In this document: positions 1 through 14,100 of the stretch, piece after piece
How positions within the stretch are numbered: position 1 is the first letter of the stretch
How the letters are laid out: each line of letters starts with the position of its first letter
DNA from: Eledone cirrhosa
Lineage: Eukaryota
Reading direction: 5' to 3'
Length of the DNA: 64,000 nt
Assembly (NCBI GenBank): GCA_964016885.1
Contig: OZ024744.1
Location: 115,258,001-115,322,000 of the forward strand
Made by a program: the position numbers and the translations under genes
Notes under the pieces: generated by a model
Seen by the model: only the letters and a program-made list of their open reading frames with translations
What the model was told of the DNA's origin: nothing
Database searches by the model: none

Positions 1-85
1 TGTATATTTATTTAAACAAAGAGAAGTGGAAGTAAAGAGAGGAGATGGAGAGATATGAAAACGAAAAGAAAGAAAGAAAGAAGTC

Positions 86-132
86 TAAGTAGTAGTAGTA
101 ATAGTGGTAGTAGTAGTAATAGTAGTAGTAGT
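86..132. repeat. (TAG)n microsatellite
   Basis: agtagtagta run; it produces the spurious poly-Thr tail of ORF 85..966. Confidence 0.9.
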
Positions 133-227
133 GAGCCGTGGGAGAAAGGGACTATGCAAAGTAGTGAGAGTTACGAGAGCAAAGTAAGTTAGTCCTGCAA
201 AGACCTTTGGTGCTGACCGATGATTAC

Positions 228-935
228 CTGTCGATAGAGCTGACTGAAAATCTGACCAATTCTCAGTGGTGTTCTGGTCACCTGACTCTCTACTATCAAC
301 CGATGTACTATCAAATTTCTCCTTCAATGTAGATGATGCACTCGAGACAGACATAGATTGCAAGTCGTCCTCAATGGAGTTTAATTGCCTCAAGACAGCA
401 TATTTGTCTAACTGGTTTGTCGCCATTTCAATCTCCTTCTTCATAGAATGTATTATCGGAGCGGCCTTGAAGTCAGAATATTCATCTTCCACAGCGTTAA
501 GATCTGCCGTTTTGAACTCAGTGCATCCAGCATTTTTCTTGGCCTTTATTGAACTTAAGTTGGCAAAAGAGCCAACTTTTACAGTGCTGGCTAAATTATT
601 TGCTCCCGGGGGTTTACTTAATAGAGGGGGAACTACTTCTTTTGAAGGATGTGGGGCAGTAATGGTTGGACTAGGACTTTTGGAAGGGTCATCTGGGTTG
701 CTTGAAAATAATGTATTCCCTAAGTGTAAAGATCTGCGCGTGGAAGATAAATTTGGGGAGGGAACCTGCTGCATCTTTCGGCGGCTCTTAAAATCGTCAA
801 CATAAAGATCGAGGGCTTTAAAGTCCTCACCCTCGGACTGCTCCGAAGTGCTGAACTGGCTGGTATCATCACTGGGTTTACTGTCAGCAGACTTGAAGTC
901 GTCATAATCATCATCAAAGCTATTAGTCGAGGTAC
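228..935 (-). CDS. SYNRG: Internal coding exon (708 bp, phase 1-1) of a synergin gamma-like AP-1/clathrin accessory protein
   Basis: Lies within ORF 85..966(-). Acceptor tttcttattattcag|GTACC at 935, donor ACAG|gtaatc at 228. Acidic, Ser-rich sequence with gamma-ear-binding-type motifs (DDDYDDFK, EDEYSDFK, ENWSDFQ) and DKYAVLRQL, resembling the DKY repeats I recall from synergin gamma. Gene identity rests on motif recognition only; aftiphilin-like is the alternative. Confidence 0.65.
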
Positions 936-1382
936 CTGAATAATAAGAAATTGCACCTCTAAACACTTTTAAATCATGTTTTAATATTTAAAAACTATTT
1001 AAAAATTAGAAAAAAAAATTAAAATATTAAAAATTTATAATTAAATGGTTTTTACATTTAAAAATAAAATATATAAAATAATAAATATATTTTTGAAAAT
1101 ACATAAACCAATTTGTTAATTAAAAATAAATCAATTATGAGTAAATCAAATCTAAGAGACTTCTTTTTGTTATTTAGCCCCATCTTGTCCCTAATTAATC
1201 ATACATATTATTAAAGACATTCCAGTCGTGACCGTCCAGTCATTTTCCTAGACAGTGAACCCAGGATCGTATTAACCAATGTGTCCTTTACTAAGGCAGT
1301 TAGGAGGGATTTGAAAGAGATTAGATGTTATTTCTAGCAGATCAAGAAAGTAGGCCCCACCACTGTTTCAGATAGATGCCAA

Positions 1383-1642
1383 GCCAGTGTCTTGCTTTAT
1401 GGTGTCAATGTATGTGACATGATGTCCAGAGTCACTACTATGTCCACCATTGCAATCTTCAGTTTCTGGCCAGTGTCCTCACTTAGGCTGTCAATGTATC
1501 TGACATGATGTCCACATTTCTCTGTCCATCATTACCATCTTCAGTTCCAGGCCAGTATCCAGCTTCAAATGGTCAATATATGTGACATGACATCCACTAT
1601 ACTTCCCCACATTGTCATGTGAATCCCACAAGACCAGCATCC
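1383..1642. repeat. Old, diverged minisatellite, ~82-86 bp x ~3
   Basis: Recurrent ccagt...gtcaatRtatStgacatga...tcca blocks starting near 1383, 1469, 1551 and 1633. Confidence 0.7.
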
Positions 1643-1811
1643 ATGCTCCTTCTTCTGGATGTCATGCACAATTTCCTGATAGACTAAGTGAATTTTCTCT
1701 GAACCTCTAACATTTGGGATCACTCAATACAGGCATCCATTTGTCATATGCTGCTGCTGCAAATAGGAGAGATTTATGAGTCCTGTTTAGAAACACAACA
1801 GAAAACCAGTG

Positions 1812-3041
1812 GAAGATCTGGTCTTGTGACATGTTAAACCTAATGTTACCATATTCCAGAAGATCTGGTCTTATGACATGTTAAACCTAATGTTACCATA
1901 TTCCAGAAGATCTGGTCTTATGACATATTAAACCTAATGTTACCATATTCCAGAAGATCTGGTCTTATGACATGTTAAACCTAATGTTACCATATTCCTG
2001 AAGATCTAGTCTTATGAGATGTTAAACCTAATGTTACCATATTCCAGAAGATCTGGTTTTATCAGATGTTAAACCTAATGTTACCATATTCCTGAAGATC
2101 TGGTCTTATGACATATTAAACCTAATGTTACCATATTCCAGAAGCTCTGGTCTTATGAGATGTTAAACCTAATGTTACCATATTCCAGAAGATCTGGTCT
2201 TATGACATGTTAAACCTAATGTTACCATATTCCAGAAGATCTGGTCTTATGACATGTTAAACCTAATGTTACCATATTCCAGAAGATCTGGTCTTATGAC
2301 ATATTAAACCTAATGTTACCATATTCCAGAAGATCTGGTCTTATGACATGTTAAACCTAATGTTACCATATTCCTGAAGATCTGGTCTTATGACATGTTA
2401 AACCTAATGTTACCATATTCCAGAAGCTCTGGTCTTATGAGATGTTAAACCTAATGTTACCATATTCCAGAAGATCTGGTCTTATGACATGTTAAACCTA
2501 ATGTTACCATATTCCTGAAGATCTGATCTGGTCTTACGACATGTTAAACCTAATGTTACCATATTCCAGAAGATCTGGTCTTATGACATGTTAAACCTAA
2601 TGTTACCATATTCCAGAAGATCTGGTCTTATGACATATTAAACCTAATGTTACCATATTCCAGAAGATCTGGTCTTATGACATGTTAAACCTAATGTTAC
2701 CATATTCCAGAAGATCTGGTCTTATAATATGTTAAACCTAATGTTACCATATTCCAGAAGATCTGGTCTTATCAGATGTTAAACCTAATGTTACCATATT
2801 CAAGAAGATCTGGTCTTATGACATGTTAAACCTAATGTTACCATATTCCAGAAGATCTGGTTTTATCAGATGTTAAACCTAATGTTACCATATTCCTGAA
2901 GATCTGGTCTTATGACATGTTAAACCTAATGTTACCATATTCCAGAAGATCTGGTTTTATCAGATGTTAAACCTAATGTTACCATATTCCAGAAGATCTG
3001 GTTTTATCAGATGTTAAACATAATGTTACCATATTCCAGAA
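1812..3041. repeat. 47-bp tandem satellite, ~26 copies
   Basis: Unit gaagatctggtcttatgacatgttaaacctaatgttaccatattcca. Confidence 0.97.
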
Positions 3042-3429
3042 ATGTTACGGTTACAAAGCATTTTATATTCATTTGTCTATAGATTTTTTAATCTGTTGCT
3101 GTTGGATGAAGCCCAAGCAACTATGCCAGTTTTTAAACCTACTTGTCCTTGCTGTCCATGTGTGGCTTGGACACAAGACACGTAGCAGAATTTGAACCTA
3201 GATTATCAAGAAAGAGAGAGCAAAGAAACTTGTCCAACATTGTAACACTTGTGCTTATTCACGGCATCTTGATTGTTACTTTGTGTTTGTTTTATCAACC
3301 AGAGAAGGATAAACAGCAGAGTTGAGCTGAGCAGGATTAGAACTCAAAGAGCAGAGATCCAGAACAAAGACCACAAAATCTATAATCTGACACTCTTATG
3401 CCAACAACAGAGATATTTAAACAGGTTCA

Positions 3430-3652
3430 AACACACACATTCAAACGTACATGCACAGACATTCAAGCACACACACACACACACACACAAAGATACATAT
3501 GCACACAGACATACATTCAAACATACACACACACACACACTCAAACATACATAGACTTACACACACAAACACACACACTCAAACATACACACTTAAACAT
3601 ACAGACATACATACATGCACACATATAAACATACAATCATACACACACAGAC
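3430..3652. repeat. Degenerate (CA)n microsatellite
   Basis: CA-rich runs. Confidence 0.9.
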
Positions 3653-3750
3653 ATTATATAGTACTCAATATTCATCATCAACTACTGTGTGACAGAGTCC
3701 CAGGCCTGACAGAATATATTGTGTCTATTTGTTGGTCAGTTTAAAATTAT

Positions 3751-5792
3751 ACAACCACTACCACCACCACAACCACTACCGCCACCATCACTACCACCCC
3801 AACAACCACTACCACAACAACCACTACCACCACAACAACCACTACCACCCCAACAACAACCACCACCCCAACAACCACTACCACCCCTACAACCACTACC
3901 ACCACTACCACCCCACCAACCACTACCACCACAACAACAACAACCACCCCAACAACCACTACCACCCCAACAACAACCACTACCACCCCAACAACCACTA
4001 CCACCCCAACAACCACAATCACCCCAACAACCACCACCACAACAACCACTACCACCCAAACAACCACTACCACCACAACAACCACTACCACCACAACAAC
4101 AACAACCACCACACCAACCACTCCAACAATCACTACCACTCCAACAACCACTACCACCCCTACAACCACTACTACCACTACCACCCCACCAACCACTACC
4201 ACCCCAACAACCACTACCACCCCAACCACAACAACAACCACTACCACCCCAACAACCACAATCACCCCAACAACCACCACCACAACAACCACTACCACCC
4301 AAACAACCACTACCACCACAACAACCACTACCACCACAACAACAACAACCACCACACCAACCACTCCAACAATCACAACCACCCCAACAACCACTACCAC
4401 CCCTACAACCACTACCACCCAAACAACCACTACCACCACAACAACCACTACCACCCCAACAACAACCACCACCCCAACAACCACTACCACCCCAACAACC
4501 ACTACCACCACAACAACCACTACCACCACAACAACCACTACCACCCAAACAACTACCACAACAACCACTACCACCACAACAATCACTGCCACCCCAACAA
4601 CCACTACCACCACAACAACCACTACCACCCCAACAACCACTTCCACCCAAACAACCACTACCACCCCAACAACCACTACCACCACAACAACCACTACCAC
4701 CCCAACAACCACTTCCACCCAAACAACCACTACCACCCCAACAACCACTACCACCACAACAACCACTACCACCACAACAACCACTACCACCCAAACAACC
4801 ACTACCACCCCAACAACCACTACCACCCCAACAACCACTACCACCCAAACAACCACTACCACCACAACAACCACTACCACCCCAACAACCACTACCACCA
4901 CAACAACCACTACCACCCCAACAACCACTACCACCCAAACAACCACTACCACCCCAACAACCACTACCACCCAAACAACCACTACCACCCCAACAACCAC
5001 TACCACCCAAACAACCACTACCACCCCAACAACTACTACCACCCCAACAACCACTACCACCACAACAACCACTACCACCCCAACAACCACTACCGCCCCA
5101 ACAACCACTACCACCCAAACAACCACTACCACCCAAACAACCACTACCACCACAACAACCACTACCACCCAAACAACCACTACCACCCCAACAACTACTA
5201 CCACCCAAACAACCACTACCACCCAAACAACCACTACCACCCAAACAACCACTACCACCCCAACAACCACTACCACCCAAACAACCACTACCACCCCACC
5301 AACCACTACCACCCCAACAACCACTACCACCCCAACAACCACTACCACCCAAACAACCACTACCACCCAAACAACCACTACCACCCAAACAACCACTACC
5401 ACCCCACCAACCACTACCACCCCAACAACCACTACCACCCAAACAACCACTACCACCCCACCAACCACTACCACCCCAACAACCACTACCACCCCAACAA
5501 CAGCAACCACCCCAACAACCACCACAACAACCACTACCACCACAACAATCACTGCCACCCCAACAACCACTACCACCACAACAACAACAACCACTCCAAC
5601 AACCACTACCACTCCAACAACCACTACCACCACAACAACCACTGCCACCCCAACAACATCTACTACCACAACTACCACCACAACAACAACAACCACTACC
5701 ACCACAACAACCACCCCAACAACCATTACCGCCCCAACAACCATTACCACCCTAACAACCACAACCACAACAACAATAACCACAACAACAAC
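3751..5792. repeat. 18-bp minisatellite built from CAA/CCA/CTA triplets (caacaaccactaccaccc)
   Basis: Regular 18-bp period in the centre and looser triplet mixtures at the edges; almost no G on the + strand. Confidence 0.95.
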
Positions 5793-5956
5793 TACACTCT
5801 ATTGCTTATCACATTGACCTCATAGACCCTTAATGTTGCAATGTCACAATGTTTTTACCTTAAACTCTTCATACCTTAGCTTAATTGACCCCTCTCACCT
5901 GCAATATCTTCACAATCTGATATCTAAAAATATTAAACAACTTTATTTTTCCCAAA

Positions 5957-6996
5957 CAAGATCTGGAGTTAAATGAAGGTTTGATAGATGTTAACAGATG
6001 TTCAAGATCTGGAGTTAAATGAAGGTTTGATAGATGTTAACAGATTTTCAAGATCTGGAGTTAAATGAAGGTTTGATAGATGTTAACAGATGTTCAAGAT
6101 CTGGAGTTAAATGAAGGTTTGATAGATGTTAACAGATGTTCAAGATCTGGAGTTAAATGAAGGTTTGATAGATGTTAACAGATGATCAAGATCTGGAGTT
6201 AAATGAAGGTTTGATAGATGTTAACAGATGTTCAAGATCTGGAGTTAAATGAAGGTTTGATAGATGTTAACAGATGTTCAAGATCTGGAGTTAAATGAAG
6301 GTTTGATAGATGTTAACAGATGTTCAAGATCTGGAGTTAAATGAAGGTTTGATAGATGTTAACAGATGTTCAAGGTCTGGAGTTAAATGAAGGTTTGATA
6401 GATGTTAACAGATGTTCAAGATCTGGAGTTAAATGAAGGTTTGATAGATGTTAACAGATGTTCAAGATCTGGAGTTAAATGAAGGTTTGATAGATGTTAA
6501 CAGATGTTCAAGGTCTGGAGTTAAATGAAGGTTTGATAGATGTTAACAGATGTTCAAGATCTGGAGTTAAATGAAGGTTTGATAGATGTTAACAGATGTT
6601 CAAGATCTGGAGTTAAATGAAGGTTTGATAGATGTTAACAGATGTTCAAGATCTGGAGTTAAATGAAGGTTTGATAGATGTTAACAGATGTTCAAGATCT
6701 GGAGTTAAATGAAGGTTTGATAGATGTTAACAGATGTTCAAGATCTGGAGTTAAATGAAGGTTTGATAGATGTTAACAGATGTTCAAGATCTGGAGTTAA
6801 ATGAAGGTTTGATAGATGTTAACAGATGTTCAAGATCTGGAGTTAAATGAAGGTTTGATAGATGTTAACAGATGTTCAAGATCTGGAGTTAAATGAAGGT
6901 TTGATAGATGTTAACAGATGTTCAAGATCTGGAGTTAAATGAAGGTTTGATAGATGTTAACAGATGTTCAAGATCTGGAGTTAAATGAAGGTTTGA
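5957..6996. repeat. 46-bp tandem satellite, ~22 copies, highly homogeneous
   Basis: Unit agatctggagttaaatgaaggtttgatagatgttaacagatgttca (starts at 6005, 6051, ...). Confidence 0.97.
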
Positions 6997-7154
6997 TGGG
7001 TGTCTAAGAAAGTGGTACAGGTAGAACCACATTTGGTAACAAAAAAAATAATGCAAATACAAAGAATAAAAACAATGGTCTGAAAATGATTTTTTCTGAA
7101 ATGTTTTTCAAATGTCTTTTAGTAAGAGTATACTATTAATTATATCACGTGATG

Positions 7155-7345
7155 AGGGCGGTGGATTGGCAGTATCGGTAGAGAGTCGGACGCCATGCTT
7201 TCCAGCATAGTTACGTCCCTTTATGTTGTGAGTTCAAATCCCGCCGAGGTTGACTTTGCCTTTCATCCTTATGGGGTCGATAAAATAAAGTACCAGTAAT
7301 GCGGTGGGTAATTGCTGGCCTTGTGCCAAAAGTAGAAACAATTAT
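7155..7345 (+). mobile_element. tRNA-derived SINE with Nin/Deu-like central domain
   Basis: A-box-like tggcagtatcgg, B-box gagttcaaatcc, then ctttgcctttcatccttatggggtcgataaaataaagtaccag. Several more copies occur in this window. Confidence 0.85.
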
Positions 7346-7582
7346 ATCATGTGATGTACCTGCTCATTATATCAAGGTGTGTACCTGGTAATTATATCAA
7401 GGTGTGTACCTGGTAATTATATCAAGGTGTATACCTGGTAATTATATCAAGGTGTGTACCTAGTAATTATATCATGTGATGTACGTGGTAATTATATCAA
7501 GGTATGTACCTTGTAATTATATCAAGGTGTGTACCTGGTAGTTATATCAAGGTGTGTACCTAGTAATTATATCAAGATATGT
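7340..7582. repeat. 25-bp minisatellite, ~9-10 copies
   Basis: Unit aattatatcaaggtgtgtacctggt. Confidence 0.9.
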
Positions 7583-7587
7583 AAGGT

Positions 7588-7890
7588 CCACCCTGTAAGG
7601 TGGTTGTGTTGGTGACACAATGAAAAAGCATCCATTTCACACTGTAAGTTCTTAGTTTTGGTGTCATGAAATAAAAGTACCCAGGCCACACTGTAAATGT
7701 GGTTTGTGTTAGGAGAGACATACAGCTGTAGAAACCAATCTAGAAACAGTTCTGTATGAGGAAGACACGTTGATCTGATCTGATTTGTCTCATGCCAGGA
7801 AAACTCATCTAACCCACGCTAGCGTGGAAAATGGACGTTAAACAGTGGTGATAATGATGATGATGATGTTGATGATGATGATGATGATGA
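7588..7890 (+). mobile_element. RTE-LINE 3'UTR-derived fragment with (GAT)n tail
   Basis: cacactgtaaa repeats, cagctgtagaaacc and ctagcgtggaaaatggacgttaaac + (GAT)n; matches the 3' ends of the RTE copies at 39432-39830 and 58370-58563. Confidence 0.75.
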
Positions 7891-7929
7891 ACCTGACTTG
7901 TTAATTATATTGATTTTGACAATTTATTG

Positions 7930-8042
7930 CCACCACCACCACCACCACCATCATCCTCATCACCATCATCACCATCATTTTCATCACCACCACCATCATC
8001 ATCACCATCATCCTCATCACCACCACCACCACCATCATCATC
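7930..8042. repeat. (CAC/CAT)n microsatellite
   Basis: Triplet run giving a spurious poly-His ORF. Confidence 0.9.
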
Positions 8043-8153
8043 TCTATTTACCACAAGGGCAAAGATTAAAGAAACATTATAGGCACGAGTTGGGATTTTT
8101 ACACTGAAATAAAAGGAGTTAAGAAAGCAATATTAGTCGTAGAATAGAAGCCT

Positions 8154-11100
8154 CAGCAACATTAAAGCAATGAACCCTTTCAAAAGTAGTTATGTTGTCC
8201 CTAGTCTACAGCAACATTAAAGCAATGAACCCTTTCAAAAGTAGTTATGTTGTCCCTGGTCTACACCAACATTAAAGCAATGAACCCTTTCAAAAGTAGT
8301 TATGTTGTCCCTAGTCTACACCAACATTAAAGCAATGAACCCTTTCAAAAGTAGCTATGTTGTCCCTGATCTACACCAACATTAAAGCAATGAACCCTTT
8401 CAAAAGTAGCTATGTTGTCCCTAGTCTACACCAACATTAAAGCAATGAACACTTTCAAAAGTAGTTATGTTGTCCCTAGTCTACACCAACATTAAAGCAA
8501 TGAACCCTTTCAAAAGTAGTTATGTTGTCCCTGGTCTACAGCAACATTAAAGCAATGAACCCTTTCAAAAGTAGTTATGTTGTCCCTAGTCTACAGCAAC
8601 ATTAAAGCAATGAACCCTTTCAAAAGTAGCTATGTTGTCCCTAGTCTACACCAACATTAAAGCAATGAACCCTTTCAAAAGTAGTTATGTTGTCCCTGGT
8701 CTACACCAACATTAAAGCAATGAACCCTTTCAAAAGTAGTTATGTTGTCCCTGGTCTACACCAACATTAAAGCAATGAACCCTTTCAAAAGTAGTTATGT
8801 TGTCCCTGTTCTACAGCAACATTAAAGCAATGAACCCTTTCAAAAGTAGTTATGTTGTCCCTGGTTTACAGCAACATTAAAGCAATGAACCCTTTCAAAA
8901 GTAGCTATGTTGCCCCTGGTCTACAGCAACATTAAAGCAATGAACCCTTTCAAAAGTAGTTATGTTGTCCCTAGTCTACAGCAACATTAAAGCAATGAAC
9001 CCTTTCAAAAGTAGTTATGTTGTCCCTGGTCTACAGCAACATTAAAGCAATGAACCCTTTCAAAGGTAGTTATGTTGTCCCTGGTCTACACCAACATTAG
9101 AGCAATGAACCCTTTCAAAAGTAGTTATGTTGTCCCTGGTTTACAGCAACATTAAAACAATGAACCCTTTCAAAAGTAGTTATGTTGTCCCTGGTCTACA
9201 GCAACATTAAAGCAATGAACCCTTTCAAAAGTAGTTATGTTGTCCCTAGTCTACACCAACATTAAAACAATGAACCCTTTCAAAAGTAGTTATGTTGTCC
9301 CTGGTCTACAGCAACATTAAAGCAATGAACCCTTTCAAAAGTAGTTATGTTGTCCCTGGTCTACACCAACATTAAAGCAATGAACCCTTTCAAAAGTAGT
9401 TATGTTGTCCCTAGTCTACACCAACATTAAAGCAATGAACCCTTTCAAAAGTAGTTATGTTGTCCCTGGTCTACAGCAACATTAAAGCAATGAACCCTTT
9501 CAAAAGTAGTTATGTTGTCCCTGGTCTACAGCAACATTAAAACAATGAACCCTTTCAAAAGTAGTTATGTTGTCCCTGGTCGACAGCAACATTAAAGCAA
9601 TGAACCCTTTCAAAAGTAGCTATGTTGTCCCTAGTCTACACCAACATTAAAGCAATGAACCCTTTCAAAAGTAGTTATGTTGTCCCTGGTCTACACCAAC
9701 ATTAAAGCAATGAACCCTTTCAAAAGTAGTTATGTTGTCCCTGGTCTACACCAACATTAAAGCAATGAACCCTTTCAAAAGTAGTTATGTTGTCCCTGGT
9801 CTACAGCAACATTAAAGCAATGAACCCTTTCAAAAGTAGTTATGTTGTCCCTGGTTTACAGCAACATTAAAGCAATGAACCCTTTCAAAAGTAGATATGT
9901 TGTCCCTGGTCTACAGCAACATTAAAGCAATGAACCCTTTCAAAAGTAGTTATGTTGTCCCTGGTTTACAGCAACATTAAAGCAATGAACCCTTTCAAAA
10001 GTAGCTATGTTGTCCCTGGTCTACAGCAACATTAAAGCAATGAACCCTTTCAAAAGTAGTTATGTTGTCCCTCGTCTACAGCAACATTAAAACAATGAAC
10101 CCTTTCAAAAGTAGTTATGTTGTCCCTGGTCTACAGCAACATTAAAGCAATGAACCCTTTCAAAAGTAGTTATGTTGTCCCTAGTCTACACCAACATTAA
10201 AGCAATGAACCCTTTCAAAAGTAGTTATGTTGTCCCTGGTCTACACCAACATTAAAGCAATGAACCCTTTCAAAAGTAGTTATGTTGTCCCTGGTCTACA
10301 CCAACATTAAAGCAATGAACCTTTCAAAAGTAGTTATGTTGTCCCTGGTCTACACCAACATTAAAGCAATGAACCCTTTCAAAAGTAGTTATGTTGTCCC
10401 TAGTCTACACCAACATTAAAGCAATGAACCCTTTCAAAAGTAGTTATGTTGTCCCTGGTCGACAGCAACATTAAAGCAATGAACCCTTTCAAAAGTAGCT
10501 ATGTTGTCCCTAGTCTACACCAACATTAAAGCAATGAACCCTTTCAAAAGTAGTTATGTTGTCCCTAGTCTACACCACCATTAAAGCAATGAACCCTTTC
10601 AAAAGTAGTTATGTTGTCCCTGGTCGACAGCAACATTAAAGCAATGAACCCTTTCAAAAGTAGCTATGTTGTCCCTAGTCTACACCAACATAAAAGCAAT
10701 GAACCCTTTCAAAAGTAGTTATGTTGTCCCTGGTCTACACCAACATTAAAGCAATGAACCCTTTCAAAAGTAGTTATGTTGTCCCTGGTTTACAGCAACA
10801 TTAAAGCAATGAACCCTTTCAAAAGTAGCTATGTTGTCCCTGGTCTACAGCAACATTAAAGCAATGAACCCTTTCAAAAGTAGTTATGTTGTCCCTAGTC
10901 TACAGCAACATTAAAGCAATGAACCCTTTCAAAAGTAGTTATGTTGTCCCTGGTCTACAGCAACATTAAAGCAATGAACCCTTTCAAAAGTAGTTATGTT
11001 GTCCCTGGTCTACAGCAACATTAAAGCAATGAACCCTTTCAAAAGTAGTTATGTTGTCCCTGGTCTACACCAACATTAAAGCAATGAACCCTTTCAAAAG

Positions 11101-14100
11101 TAGTTATGTTGCCCCTGGTTTACAGCAACATTAAAACAATGAACCCTTTCAAAAGTAGTTATGTTGTCCCTGGTCTACAGCAACATTAAAGCAATGAACC
11201 CTTTCAAAAGTAGTTATGTTGTCCCTAGTCTACACCAACATTAAAACAATGAACCCTTTCAAAAGTAGTTATGTTGTCCCTGGTCTACAGCAACATTAAA
11301 GCAATGAACCCTTTCAAAAGTAGTTATGTTGTCCCTGGTCTACACCAACATTAAAGCAATGAACCCTTTCAAAAGTAGTTATGTTGTCCCTAGACTGCAC
11401 CAACATTAAAGCAATGAACCCTTTCAAAAGTAGTTATGTTGTCCCTGGTCTACAGCAACATTAAAGCAATGAACCCTTTCAAAAGTAGTTATGTTGTCCC
11501 TGGTCTACAGCAACATTAAAACAATGAACCCTTTCAAAAGTAGTTATGTTGTACCTGGTCGACAGCAACATTAAAGCAATGAACCCTTTCAAAAGTAGCT
11601 ATGTTGTCCCTGGTCTACAGCAACATTAAAGCAATGAACCCTTTCAAAAGTAGTTATGTTGTCCCTGGTCTACAGCAACATTAAAACAATGAACCCTTTC
11701 AAAAGTAGTTATGTTGTCCCTAGTCTACACCAACATTAAAGCAATGAACCCTTTCAAAAGTAGTTATGTTGTCCCTGGTCTACACCAACATTAAAGCAAT
11801 GAACCCTTTCAAAAGTAGTTATGTTGTCCCTGGTCTACACCAACATTAAAGCAATGAACCTTTCAAAAGTAGTTATGTTGTCCCTGGTCTACACCAACAT
11901 TAAAGCAATGAACCCTTTCAAAGGTAGTTATGTTGTCCCTAGTCTACACCAACATTAAAGCAATGAACCCTTTCAAAAGTAGTTATGTTGTCCCTGGTCT
12001 ACACCAACATTAAAGCAATGAACCCTTTCAAAAGTAGTTATGTTGTCCCTGGTCTACACCAACATTAAAGCAATGAACCCTTTCAAAAGTAGTTATGTTG
12101 TCCCTAGTCTACACCAACATTAAAGCAATGAACCCTTTCAAAAGTAGTTATGTTGTCCCTGGTTTACAGCAACATTAAAGCAATGAACCCTTTCAAAAGT
12201 AGCTACATTGTCCCTGGTCTACAGCAACATTAAAACAATGAACCCTTTCAAAAGTAGTTATGTTGTCCTTGGTCTACAGCAACATTAAAGCAATGAACCC
12301 TTTCAAAAGTAGCTATGTTGTCCCTGGTCTACAGCAACATTAAAACAATGAACCCTTTCAAAAGTAGTTATGTTGTTCCTGGTCTACACCAACATTAAAG
12401 CAATGAACCCTTTCAAAAGTAGCTATGTTGTCCCTGGTCTACAGCAACATTAAAACAATGAACCCTTTCAAAAGTAGCTATGTTGTCCCTGGTCTAGAGG
12501 AACATTAAAGCAATGAACCCTTTCAAAAGTAGCTATGTTGTCCCTGCTCTACAGCAACATTAAAGCAATGAACCATTTCAAAAGTAGTTATGTTGTCCCT
12601 GGTCTACACCCACATTAAAACAATGAACCCTTTCAAAAGTAGTTATGTTGTCCCTGGTCTACAGCAACATTAAAGCAATGAACCCTTTCAAAAGTAGCTA
12701 TGTTGTCCCTGGTCTACACCAACATTAAAGCAATGAACCCTTTCAAAAGTAGTTATGTTGTCCCTGATCTATAGCAACATTAAAGCAATGAACCCTTTCA
12801 AAAGTAGCTATGTTGTCCCTGGTCTACAGCAACATTAAAGCAATGAACCCTTTCAAAAGTAGCTATGTTGTCCCTGGTCTACAGCAACATTAAAGCAATG
12901 AACCCTTTCAAAAGTAGTTATGTTGTCCCTGGTCTACACCAACATTAAAGCACTGAACCCTTTCAAAAGTAGTTATGTTGTCCCTGGTCTACACCAACAT
13001 TAAAGCAATGAACCCTTTCAAAAGTAGCTATGTTGTCCCTAGTCTACACCAACATTAACGCAATGAACCCTTTCAAAAGTAGTTATGTTGTCCCTAGTCT
13101 ACACCAACATTAAAGCAATGAACCCTTTCAAAAGTAGCTATGTTGTCCCTAGTCTACACCAACATTAAAGCAATGAACCCTTTCAAAAGTAGTTATGTTG
13201 TCCCTGGTCTACACCAACATTAAAGCAATGAACCCTTTCAAAAGTAGTTATGTTGTCCCTGGTCTACACCAACATTAAAGCAATGAACCCTTTCAAAAGT
13301 AGCTATGTTGTCCCTAGTCTACACCAACATTAAAGCAATGAACCCTTTCAAAAGTAGTTATGTTGTCCCTAGTCTACACCAACATTAAAACAATGAACCC
13401 TTTCAAAAGTAGTTATGTTGTTCCTGGTCTACACCAACATTAAAGCAATGAACCCTTTCAAAAGTAGTTATGTTGTCCCTGGTCTACACCAACATTAAAG
13501 CAATGAACCCTTTCAAAAGTAGTTATGTTGTCCCTGGTCTACAGCAACATTAAAGCAATGAACCCTTTCAAAAGTAGCTATGTTGTCCCTGGTCTACAGC
13601 AACATTAAAGCAATGAACCCTTTCAAAAGTAGTTATGTTGTCCCTGGTCTACAGCAACATTAAAGCAATGAACCCTTTCAAAAGTAGTTATGTTGTCCCT
13701 AGTCTACAGCAACATTAAAGCAATGAACCCTTTCAAAAGTAGTTATGTTGTCCCTGGTCTACAGCAACATTAAAACAATGAACCCTTTCAAAAGTAGTTA
13801 TGTTGTTCCTGGTCTACAGCAACATTAAAGCAATGAACCCTTTCAAAAGTAGTTATGTTGTCCCTGGTCGACACCAACATTAAAGCAATGAACCCTTTCA
13901 AAAGTAGCTATGTTGTCCCTGGTCTACAGCAACATTAAAACAATGAACCCTTTCAAAAGTAGCTATGTTGTCCCTGGTCTACAGCAACATTAAAGCAATG
14001 AACCCTTTCAAAAGTAGCTATGTTGTCCCTGGTCTACACCAACATTAAAGCAATGAACCCTTTCAAAAGTAGCTATGTTGGCCCTGCTCTACACCAACAT

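Noticed and set aside
266-805. 179-aa + strand ORF, and the + strand ORFs within 40017-43238
   Set aside because: Antisense shadows of real coding sequence.
85-966. 293-aa ORF as a complete single-exon gene
   Set aside because: It has no ATG start, splice sites at 935 and 228 delimit an internal exon, and the tail is a (TAG)n repeat.
1500-1552. Minus-strand ctgaaga...gaaa-tgtggaca-tc in the old minisatellite as a hammerhead
   Set aside because: Stems I and II do not pair, and neighbouring units lack GAAA.
3719-5825. Long Pro/Gln-, His/Asn-, Gly/Cys- and Val-rich ORFs (568-698 aa)
   Set aside because: Open in several frames on both strands because the 18-bp repeat lacks stops; intronic, with no unique coding sequence.
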